A stretch of DNA of 32,000 nt, from positions 2,550,001-2,582,000 of the forward strand of contig NZ_CP011041.1 of NCBI RefSeq assembly GCF_002310835.1, read 5' to 3'. A model generated the notes under the pieces. It saw only the letters and a list, made by a program, of their open reading frames with translations. It ran no database searches and was not told the DNA's origin. Shown piece after piece: positions 8,969 through 16,791 of the stretch (its first letter is position 1; each line of letters begins with the position of its first letter). Source of the DNA: Pseudoalteromonas tetraodonis (GTDB taxonomy: Bacteria > Pseudomonadota > Gammaproteobacteria > Enterobacterales > Alteromonadaceae). A program made the translations under genes and the position numbers.

Positions 8969-9760
8969 ATGATAAAACTAGAAAAAAAACAGGGCATTGC
9001 CACCGTCACATTAAATCGAGTAGAAAAACAAAATGCCTTAAGCTTTACTATGTTTATTGAGCTTAACAAGGTGATTAAAAATATTAAAAAAGATGCCAAT
9101 ATTCGTGCGGTTGTATTAACCGGTGAAGGCGAACACTTTTGTGCAGGGCTTGATATTAACGCGGTTATGGCCTCGCCAATAAATATTATAAAACTCCTAT
9201 TTAAATGGCTTCCTGGTAATCAAAATTTAGCGCAAAAAGTAGTACTTGGTTGGCAATCATTGAGTGTGCCTGTTATTGCAAAAATAAACGGAAATTGCCT
9301 TGGGGGTGGATTGCAAATAGCACTGGGTGCCGATTACCGGATTGTTCACCACGATGCCAAACTCGCCATTATGGAAGCGCGCTGGGGGTTATGCCCAGAT
9401 ATGGGCGCTAATGTTATGCTTTCAGGCTTAGTAAAACGCGACCAAGCGCTTTGGTTAGCAAGTCACGCAAATCCAATAAACGCACAACATGCTTTTGAAC
9501 TAGGTTTAGTAACCAAAACAACCGACGATACAGATAAAGCAACTAAAGAGATGCTTGATACACTGCTAGCGCGCTCACCTGACACATTAGCTGCAATAAA
9601 GCGTGTAACTCAACAAAGCTATAAAGCCCCTGCTCGAAAAATACTCGCTAAAGAAACATGGAGCCAAATTCGCTTACTGATCAACCCTAATACTAAAAAA
9701 GCCATTGCTAAAGCTAAAGGGAAAGCTGATATTGAGTTTACAAACGCCAAGCGCTGGTAA
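8969..9760 (+). CDS. Enoyl-CoA hydratase/isomerase (crotonase) family protein
   Basis: 263 aa. Crotonase pattern: VTLNRVEKQNALS, FCAGLDI, ING.CLGGGLQIALGADYRI. GAGGAG Shine-Dalgarno upstream. Confidence 0.85.
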   Translation: MIKLEKKQGIATVTLNRVEKQNALSFTMFIELNKVIKNIKKDANIRAVVLTGEGEHFCAGLDINAVMASPINIIKLLFKWLPGNQNLAQKVVLGWQSLSVPVIAKINGNCLGGGLQIALGADYRIVHHDAKLAIMEARWGLCPDMGANVMLSGLVKRDQALWLASHANPINAQHAFELGLVTKTTDDTDKATKEMLDTLLARSPDTLAAIKRVTQQSYKAPARKILAKETWSQIRLLINPNTKKAIAKAKGKADIEFTNAKRW

Positions 9761-9843
9761 CATTGATGGTAATACTAAGGCACAATGCATAAAACAGCGT
9801 TATTTGTTAAAGTTAGGCTCTTCTATTCTAGTGAGCCAAATTA

Positions 9844-10197
9844 ATGAAATACCTACTAAGTAGCGCAATTATTTTATTGTGCTTGGCAACAAGCAAATTC
9901 ATTATGCATCTTCTTGATGCAAGTTTTCCTGCTCCTCTACTCGCCATGGTTTTGCTGCTAACGTTACTGTTATTGGGCATAGTTAAAGAACATCAACTCG
10001 CTCCCTGCGCATCACCTATTTTGAATGTAATGCCTATTTTCTTTATTCCTGCAGGCGTCGGTTTTATAGAACATTTAGGGCTAATTAAATCACATTGGCC
10101 TTTCTTAACTGCGGTCATCTTATTAGTCCCACTCAGTAGTTTAATTTTAGTGGCAAGCCTAGTGGGCTATTTTAAAGGCAGAGCTAATAATGACTAA
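9844..10197 (+). CDS. CidA/LrgA-family (YohJ-like) small membrane protein
   Basis: 117 aa with four TM helices. An 8-nt overlap couples it to an LrgB-like gene. Confidence 0.8.
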   Translation: MKYLLSSAIILLCLATSKFIMHLLDASFPAPLLAMVLLLTLLLLGIVKEHQLAPCASPILNVMPIFFIPAGVGFIEHLGLIKSHWPFLTAVILLVPLSSLILVASLVGYFKGRANND

Positions 10198-10921
10198 CTT
10201 AACCACCAGCATAACCCCCAGCCTATGGTGGTTAACCGTGCCATTTATTATTATTCTCTTTATTGCACTAAGAGCGGTTAATCTTAAAATAAATCAGACT
10301 ATTTTAAAGTCATTAACCAACCCTGTTTTTTTAAGCATTGGCATTATTGCCCTACTGTTAGTCAACCTTAAATTACCCTATTCACAATTTGCCTCACATA
10401 GTCAGTTACTAAGTTGGCTATTAGAGCCGGCCATTGTTGCTTTAGCCTTGCCGCTTTATCAGCAATTTATGCACGTACGTAAAAACTTACTATTAATTGT
10501 CGCTACTTGCAGTATAGGTATTGTTAACGCCACACTAGTGGCTTTTGTATTAAGTATTTTATTTGCTGTGCCCTCACAATTGAGCGCCTCTGTTGCGGCA
10601 CTTAGTGTAACAACCCCTATCACACTGCTGGTTACTGACTCATTAGGAGGAATTAGCTCACTTGCCGCTGCCATGGTTATTTTTATTGGTTTATTGGGGG
10701 CTTTGTTTGGCTTTATGTTACTCAAATTAGTTAAGATTTATAACTTTGAGGCACAAGGAATTGCAATCGGTACCGCGTGCCATGCAATTGGTACGGCGGC
10801 AGCTATTGCCGAACACCCAAAAATAGGCGCATTTTCATCAGTGGCTATGGCACTCAGTGCATTATTAACCGCAGTGATAGTACCACTATTATATCCAATT
10901 TTAGTTAACACTTTGTTATAG
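10190..10921 (+). CDS. LrgB/CidB-family (YohK-like) membrane protein
   Basis: 243-aa polytopic membrane protein, the typical partner of the LrgA-like gene. Its start overlaps the upstream stop (ATGACTAA). Confidence 0.85.
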   Translation: MTNLTTSITPSLWWLTVPFIIILFIALRAVNLKINQTILKSLTNPVFLSIGIIALLLVNLKLPYSQFASHSQLLSWLLEPAIVALALPLYQQFMHVRKNLLLIVATCSIGIVNATLVAFVLSILFAVPSQLSASVAALSVTTPITLLVTDSLGGISSLAAAMVIFIGLLGALFGFMLLKLVKIYNFEAQGIAIGTACHAIGTAAAIAEHPKIGAFSSVAMALSALLTAVIVPLLYPILVNTLL

Positions 10922-10958
10922 TAAGCAGATAACAGTATCGCTAAAAATAGAGCCCAGC

Positions 10959-11792
10959 ATGATCAGTTCCGAAATTCAGCAATTTGAAAAGTACTACGCC
11001 CTACTTACCGAGTATTTAGTTACCTACAGTATGCAAATAGTGGGCGCTATTTTTATTCTACTCGTTGGCCTGTGGGTCGCTAAAAAGCTCGCCGAAGTTG
11101 TCGCAAACTTAATGACCCGCCATAACATTGATATCACCCTGACTAATTTTGTCAGTAATGTTGTAAAAGTACTGCTGATCATTATGGTGATCATTATTGC
11201 GCTTGGTAAAATTGGCATTAGTGTGACCCCATTTGTAGCTGCAATAGGTGCCGCCTCATTAGGCGCAGGCTTAGCGTTACAAGGTATGCTTTCTAATTAT
11301 GGCGCGGGGCTTGCTATTATTGCTACGCGGCCATTTGTGGTTGGCGATACCATAGAAGTAAAAGGCGTTAGTGGCCAAGTAAAAGTAATTGAGCTGGGGC
11401 ACACCATATTAATTAATGAAGAAAAAGTAGAAATAACCATTCCTAATAAACATATTGTTGGCGAAATTCTGCATAACTCATTTAATTATTCACTGGTAAA
11501 AGGTGAAATAGACATAGCCTACAGTGCCTGTAGTGATACTGCGATAAGCCTTATTGAAAACGTATTAGTCAATCATGAACTCGTAGCTAAACACCCTAAT
11601 GCACAAATTGGTATAGAACGTTTTGCTGATAGCGGCGTCACCATTAGTTATCGTTATTGGGTGCCCACCACTAAAATTATTGAAACTAAACTCGCAATAA
11701 ATGGCGATGTGTATAAAGCGATTAACGATGCCAATATTGAAATTCCGTTTCCACAACGCATTGTTACGCTTAATAAAAGCGACCTAAAATAA
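10959..11792 (+). CDS. Small-conductance mechanosensitive channel (MscS family)
   Basis: 277 aa. GAASLGAGLALQGMLSNYGAGLAIIATRPFVVGD...IPN aligns by eye with the E. coli MscS TM3/beta-domain region. Confidence 0.85.
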   Translation: MISSEIQQFEKYYALLTEYLVTYSMQIVGAIFILLVGLWVAKKLAEVVANLMTRHNIDITLTNFVSNVVKVLLIIMVIIIALGKIGISVTPFVAAIGAASLGAGLALQGMLSNYGAGLAIIATRPFVVGDTIEVKGVSGQVKVIELGHTILINEEKVEITIPNKHIVGEILHNSFNYSLVKGEIDIAYSACSDTAISLIENVLVNHELVAKHPNAQIGIERFADSGVTISYRYWVPTTKIIETKLAINGDVYKAINDANIEIPFPQRIVTLNKSDLK

Positions 11793-11801
11793 ATAAAAAC
11801 C

Positions 11802-11826
11802 TTAATATGATTTTAAATCATATTAA
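11802..11826. promoter_or_regulatory. 25-bp perfect palindrome immediately upstream of the STAND-regulator gene
   Basis: TTAATATGATTT-T-AAATCATATTAA: 12-bp perfect arms around one central base. It lies in the 76-bp gap between the mscS-like stop and the 11869 start. Whether it is an operator or a weak terminator is unresolved. Confidence 0.3.
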
Positions 11827-11868
11827 ATTAATTAAGCGTGCTTACAAATAAAATAATAACGAGTCCTT

Positions 11869-14800
11869 ATGCATCAATCACCTTTTTATCTAGGCGACTG
11901 GCAGGTAACACCTGCCAGCAATTGTATACAATGTGCTGAAAAAGTAACGCAATTAGAACCTAAAGCAATGGATGTATTATTATATCTTTGCTTACAAAAA
12001 GGCGATATGGTCACCAGCGACGAATTACTCAATCAGTGCTGGCAAAACATTGAAGTAGGCGATAACCCACTGCATAAAACCATCACACAACTGCGAAAAG
12101 CACTGGGTGATAAGGCAAGCTCCCCGCTATACATAGAAACCATTCGCAAACGCGGCTACCGTATTATTGCAAAACTTGAGTTTCCATTTGCAGAAGATAC
12201 ATCAAGCTCTATAAATACGTGGCAAGGCGGTTCTCCTTTTTTAGGTTTAAGCGCGTATAACCCAACCGATACCCATTTATTTTTTGGTCGAAACCAAGCC
12301 ATCACCACCTTACTCGAAAACGTATCAAACCAAGTGAAATGTGGTCGTGCTTTTTGCTTAATACTTGGCCCAAGTGGTACGGGTAAATCGTCGTTAGTCA
12401 ATGCGGGTATTTTACCAAAGCTACTTGATGAGCGTGGTTATGATGGTATTGGCGTTGTTTCATACACTCAGCTCGACTTTGCAGATGTGCATCAAACTAG
12501 GCTGTATTTAGATTTAGCCTCTGCCATGCTTGATTGGGATATAAACCAACACCCCGTATTTGAAGGATTAAGCTCGCAAACACTGGCGCAGCAATTAGAG
12601 CACACAATTGACGAAGTGATAAACACGTTACAAACTGCAATCAGTAAGGCAAATACAAAACTAAACACACCGCAGTTTTTTTTGTTTATAGACCGCTTAG
12701 AGGTGCTGCTTTCATCGCCACTATTTAGTCCCAACACCCGAAGTCATTTTTTATCGATTATTGAACGTTTAGCCACCTCTAAAGCGGTGATCGTATTTAG
12801 TGCGTGTCGTAACGACTTTTACCCTTTAGTGGTTGAGCAACCCAGCCTTATGGCCGCAAAAGCGAATGGCGCCCATTATGATTTAACCCCGCCCAACCGC
12901 CAGGAACTACAACAAATTATTCGCTTGCCGGCATTAACCGCTAATTTAACGTTCTCACACGACCCGCAAACCAAAACTCCGCTGGATGAAATACTGTGTG
13001 CCGATACCGCCAACAACCCTGATGCCCTGCCCATGTTGCAATACACACTGCAAGAGCTGTATTTACAGCGCAGTGAAAATAATGAGTTATTGCACAGCGT
13101 GTATGAAAAACTCGGCGGTATTGAAGGCGCCATTGGTAAAAAGGCAGAAGATGTTTTTATTGGGCTGAGCGCAAAACAACAACAGCAACTAAAAAGCGTA
13201 TTATCGCAGTTAGTGACGCTAAACCCAGATGGTAAAACCATTACTAGCCGTGCGGCCCGCTTACAAGCATTAACCAACACCAGCCAAAAAGAGCTTGTAC
13301 AAGCCATGGTCGACAGTCGCTTATTTGTATCGCACTTACAAAACCAAGAAGCCTGCTTTAGCCTTGCCCACGAGGCATTATTACGCCAATGGCCACGTGC
13401 CAAACAGTGGATAAACGATCATAAAGATGCCCTTGCTATTAAAAGCCGTTTGCACCACCACACGCAACAGTGGCTTAATGAACATAAAAGTAGCGCTTAC
13501 CTATTAGCACCGGGTAAACCATTGCAAGAAGCGCTCACGTTATTAAACGACAATATATTCAAACTAGACAATGACGAACGCGCCCTTATAAATAACTCTC
13601 TCAAAAATAGTAAAACAAAAACAATAATAAAACGCGGCACGATTGCACTGCTTTGCTTACTTACCTGTGTTGCCCTATTCATGAGTTTCACTAGTTTTCA
13701 AGCGCAGCAACTTGCACAGCAAAAGCGCCAAGAGGCCGAAAGCCTACTTGGCTTTATGGTCGGTGACTTTGCCGATAAGCTGCGCAGCGTTAAGCGTATG
13801 GACTTACTTGATGGCATTAGTAATAAAGCGCTGGAGTATTTTACCAATCAAGCAGAAGAGCCCAGCTCTCTTTTTAGTTTTAACGACCAAAAAGCCGAAT
13901 TTAACAACCGCTTTCAATATGCACAAACTCTTGAGGCCATGGGCGAAGTGGCCTATTCGCGCGGTAAAACCAATGAGGCTAAAACCGCCTTTGAAAACGC
14001 CCGCACGCGTCTTGAGGCACTTTTAAAAATACAACCAAATAATTTAGAACTACTCACCCTTGCCGGTGCCAATGCCTTTTGGCTCGGTCAGCTTCATTAT
14101 GATAAAAGTGATTACGCTGCTACTGAGCCATTATTTAAAAAATATCATGCCTACAGCGAGAAAATGTATTCATTAGCACCCAATGACTTTAACTCCATTA
14201 TGGAGTTGTCGTATTCACATAATTCATTGGGGTCTTTGTATTTAAAGCAATTTAACTACACTGGCGCGAAACAACGCTTTACAGAGTCGCTCGCCCTTAA
14301 AAATGAAGCCCTTGAGCTTAAACCCAATAACAAAAATTTATTGCGCGATAAAGCAGACACCATTAGTTGGCTTGCAAAAACTGAAGAAAGGCTTGGTAAC
14401 TTTAATGCCGCATTAACCATGTATGAAAATGCATCTAATGAGTTAAAAAGTTTATTAATTGAATATCCAGATGATGCCAGTTTATCAAGCAGTTTAGCTT
14501 ATACTTATATTCAACAAAGCTACCTTTTGAGCTACCTGCCAAATAAACAACCAGCCTACAAAAAAGCACAGCAAGCCACAAAAACAGTTAATACCGCACG
14601 ATTGCAAGATCCAAAAAGTAAAGACATTCAACATTCTTATTATCGTTTTTTAGCCCACCAGCTAATGCTTTCACCTAATAAAAACATTGATAACCGAGTT
14701 AAGGATATTATTAACTTTTTGAAAGTGCAGGACTTTAAAAATAACTTTGCAATTAATACTCAATTGATCCTTATACAGTACTTTATTGATAGACAGTCAC

Positions 14801-15123
14801 CACTTAAAGCATATGAGTTTTTAACAGCCCTTGAAAATGATACAAGCTACCAACAGTACATAGCTAATAAAGCAAAGAGTGGTGATAATGTAGACTTTAC
14901 GAATATAAATTTACTTAAAGCTAAATTAGCTGAAAATACCGTACAGCGAGAGCAATTTTGCTTAAATGCGCTTAAAGCCATTGCTGAAACAGTAAAAATA
15001 AACCAAAGCGTTCACGTAACGCACCCGCTGTTACAGGCATATACCTGCTTAAATAGAGCAAACGAAATCCCCAAAATAAAAGCAAGTCTAGTTAAATTAG
15101 GCATTACTCACTTTAAACTATAA
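11869..15123 (+). CDS. Membrane-anchored transcriptional regulator: CadC/ToxR-type winged helix + STAND (nSTAND-like) P-loop NTPase + TM helix + TPR-like repeats
   Basis: aa 8-103: OmpR/PhoB-type wHTH (LEPKAMDVLLYL...TITQLRKALGD...IETIRKRGYRI). aa 122-141: SPFLGLSAYNPTDTHLFFGRN lead-in. Walker A GPSGTGKSS at nt 12367-12393. Walker B-like FFLFIDRLEVLL (aa 270-281). CRNDFY (aa 313-318) and ALPMLQYTLQELY (aa 386-398) resemble conserved nSTAND motifs as I recall them. Hydrophobic segment TIALLCLLTCVALFMSFTS (nt 13639-13695) is preceded by KTKTIIKR. The C-terminal half is helical-repeat rich. Confidence 0.8.
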   Translation: MHQSPFYLGDWQVTPASNCIQCAEKVTQLEPKAMDVLLYLCLQKGDMVTSDELLNQCWQNIEVGDNPLHKTITQLRKALGDKASSPLYIETIRKRGYRIIAKLEFPFAEDTSSSINTWQGGSPFLGLSAYNPTDTHLFFGRNQAITTLLENVSNQVKCGRAFCLILGPSGTGKSSLVNAGILPKLLDERGYDGIGVVSYTQLDFADVHQTRLYLDLASAMLDWDINQHPVFEGLSSQTLAQQLEHTIDEVINTLQTAISKANTKLNTPQFFLFIDRLEVLLSSPLFSPNTRSHFLSIIERLATSKAVIVFSACRNDFYPLVVEQPSLMAAKANGAHYDLTPPNRQELQQIIRLPALTANLTFSHDPQTKTPLDEILCADTANNPDALPMLQYTLQELYLQRSENNELLHSVYEKLGGIEGAIGKKAEDVFIGLSAKQQQQLKSVLSQLVTLNPDGKTITSRAARLQALTNTSQKELVQAMVDSRLFVSHLQNQEACFSLAHEALLRQWPRAKQWINDHKDALAIKSRLHHHTQQWLNEHKSSAYLLAPGKPLQEALTLLNDNIFKLDNDERALINNSLKNSKTKTIIKRGTIALLCLLTCVALFMSFTSFQAQQLAQQKRQEAESLLGFMVGDFADKLRSVKRMDLLDGISNKALEYFTNQAEEPSSLFSFNDQKAEFNNRFQYAQTLEAMGEVAYSRGKTNEAKTAFENARTRLEALLKIQPNNLELLTLAGANAFWLGQLHYDKSDYAATEPLFKKYHAYSEKMYSLAPNDFNSIMELSYSHNSLGSLYLKQFNYTGAKQRFTESLALKNEALELKPNNKNLLRDKADTISWLAKTEERLGNFNAALTMYENASNELKSLLIEYPDDASLSSSLAYTYIQQSYLLSYLPNKQPAYKKAQQATKTVNTARLQDPKSKDIQHSYYRFLAHQLMLSPNKNIDNRVKDIINFLKVQDFKNNFAINTQLILIQYFIDRQSPLKAYEFLTALENDTSYQQYIANKAKSGDNVDFTNINLLKAKLAENTVQREQFCLNALKAIAETVKINQSVHVTHPLLQAYTCLNRANEIPKIKASLVKLGITHFKL

Positions 15124-15146
15124 CCACGAATACAAAAGGAAATAAT

Positions 15147-15524
15147 ATGGATAGCTCTCAAGAACAAATTAACTTTACTGTAAATATTGAATTAGACAGT
15201 AACGACAACGCCAATTTTACATACTTTAAAGATAACAAAGAAGTCTCTGGCGGTGGCGTTGTTAGAACTGAAACCGCAGGTATTTATAGCTTAAATGAAG
15301 CAACACTTGCTAAAGGTTTTTTATTCACCGGAGCCACTATCACTGATAAAGAAGGCGACTGTGCTGGTGATTTTAAATCAGAAATCAATGATGATGGCCA
15401 ATCAATCACCATCACAGACACAGATGAAAATAATGGCACTGTGTGTTTAATATTTAATGTTGAGTGCAATGGTAAAGCCTATGAAAGCGCCGACCCACAA
15501 ATTGAAAATAAAGACAAAAATTAA
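15147..15524 (+). CDS. Small acidic hypothetical protein, probably co-transcribed with the STAND regulator
   Basis: 125-aa ORF starting 23 nt after the upstream stop, with AAAGGAAA Shine-Dalgarno 6 nt before the ATG. No signal peptide. D/E/N/T-rich with a beta-strand-like alternation. C-terminal ADPQIEN motif. Confidence 0.7.
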   Translation: MDSSQEQINFTVNIELDSNDNANFTYFKDNKEVSGGGVVRTETAGIYSLNEATLAKGFLFTGATITDKEGDCAGDFKSEINDDGQSITITDTDENNGTVCLIFNVECNGKAYESADPQIENKDKN

Positions 15525-15561
15525 TCAACAACGCTTAATATTTAATTTTTGTTTTCCAAAT

Positions 15562-15586
15562 TGCACAGGCCTTTAACGCCTGTGCA
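15562..15586 (+). terminator. Hairpin after the small gene, a weak or atypical terminator
   Basis: TGCACAGGC-CTTTAAC-GCCTGTGCA, a perfect 9-bp stem. It is followed by ATAATAAAAAA rather than a T-tract. Confidence 0.35.
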
Positions 15587-15705
15587 TAATAAAAAATACT
15601 ATTAATCAAAAACTTAAAAGCAGAAGATTACCGAAAGGTTTAATTGCACTTTTTTATGTAAATTTGTAGACATCAAAAACGTCTGTATCATGCTAAGGCT
15701 AAAAC

Positions 15706-16701
15706 GTGTCTAAACAAATTAATAAAAAAGAGACTCCAGCGGTTAAAAACGATAAAGCACTCCCCTTCGATTGCGCTTTATCGAGTCCTTTTTCTCATAC
15801 CCAATTTGGCGCTTTAATTGAATTATTTAACGGCACCGCCGAAGGCATTTTTGTACTTAATGAGCACGGTGGTTTTGAGTTTGCAAACCCAAAAGCAGCA
15901 CAGCTATTAGGTTACTCTCAGCAATCTCTAATAGGCGAAAATTTACTGTCGTTTTTACACGGTGCAGACCTTGATAAATATAAACAGACCTTATTAAATT
16001 GGGTAGACATTAAAGATACTACCCTTAGCTTTGGCCCAAATGAAATAAAAATAAATAAAGCGAATGGTGATGTTATTGAAGCAGACTTATCAATATCAAG
16101 CATGCCAAAAAGTATTGCATCGGCGCAAAAATTATACGTTTGCATACTTCATGATCTTAGTACGCATAAAGCCATGTATAACCGTTTAAAAATACAGGCC
16201 TCAACCGATCACTTAACTGGGCTCGCTAATCGTTTAGCTTTAGATGAGTCACTAAAAAAATACTGGCAAGAAAGTATTCAAAGCCAACAACCTCTAACCA
16301 GCATATTGATTGATGTTGACCACTTTAAAAAATTCAACGACACCTATGGGCATATTAAAGGTGATAAATGCTTACAAAAAATTGCAAAAATGCTTTTGCA
16401 TTGTATTCCGTCAAGAGAGTGTTTGGCTGCGAGATATGGCGGTGAGGAGTTTGCTATTATTTTACCGCGTTGCGATATAAAAAGTGCAACGATTGTTGCC
16501 AAGCATGTACAACAACAAATTAATGCGATGACATTTACAGATATAGGCCTACCACCGGAGGTTAAAGTTAGTGTAAGCCAAGGAATTGCCAGTGAAAATA
16601 ATAACCAGTACCGCACCTACGAGGCGCTGTTATATGCCGCAGACACGGCTTTATACCGAGCAAAAACAGAAGGTAGAAATAAAATAAGTACGATTGTTTA
16701 A
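15706..16701 (+). CDS. PAS-domain diguanylate cyclase (GGDEF)
   Basis: 331 aa. PAS-like N-terminal domain (AEGIFVLNEHGGFEFANPKAAQLLGY) and a GGDEF domain with an intact RYGGEEF active site. GTG start with TAAGG 7 nt upstream. Confidence 0.85.
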   Translation: MSKQINKKETPAVKNDKALPFDCALSSPFSHTQFGALIELFNGTAEGIFVLNEHGGFEFANPKAAQLLGYSQQSLIGENLLSFLHGADLDKYKQTLLNWVDIKDTTLSFGPNEIKINKANGDVIEADLSISSMPKSIASAQKLYVCILHDLSTHKAMYNRLKIQASTDHLTGLANRLALDESLKKYWQESIQSQQPLTSILIDVDHFKKFNDTYGHIKGDKCLQKIAKMLLHCIPSRECLAARYGGEEFAIILPRCDIKSATIVAKHVQQQINAMTFTDIGLPPEVKVSVSQGIASENNNQYRTYEALLYAADTALYRAKTEGRNKISTIV

Positions 16702-16742
16702 AGTTTAAATTAAAGGCCTTTTAATGACGCTATATCTATATT

Positions 16743-16769
16743 AAACGCCACTTCATGGAGGTGGCGTTT
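16743..16769. terminator. Hairpin between the convergent cyclase gene and mgtE
   Basis: AAACGCCAC-TTCATGGAG-GTGGCGTTT, a 9-bp stem with short T/A-rich flanks on both sides. Confidence 0.5.
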
Positions 16770-16791
16770 AGTTAAATAACGGCCAATTAAA

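Noticed and set aside
12876-13403. 175-aa ORF antisense to the STAND-regulator gene
   Set aside because: It lies entirely inside a well-supported sense ORF. The product is Cys/Ser-rich and low-complexity, with no recognisable motif, start context or Shine-Dalgarno. This is typical of antisense-frame noise.
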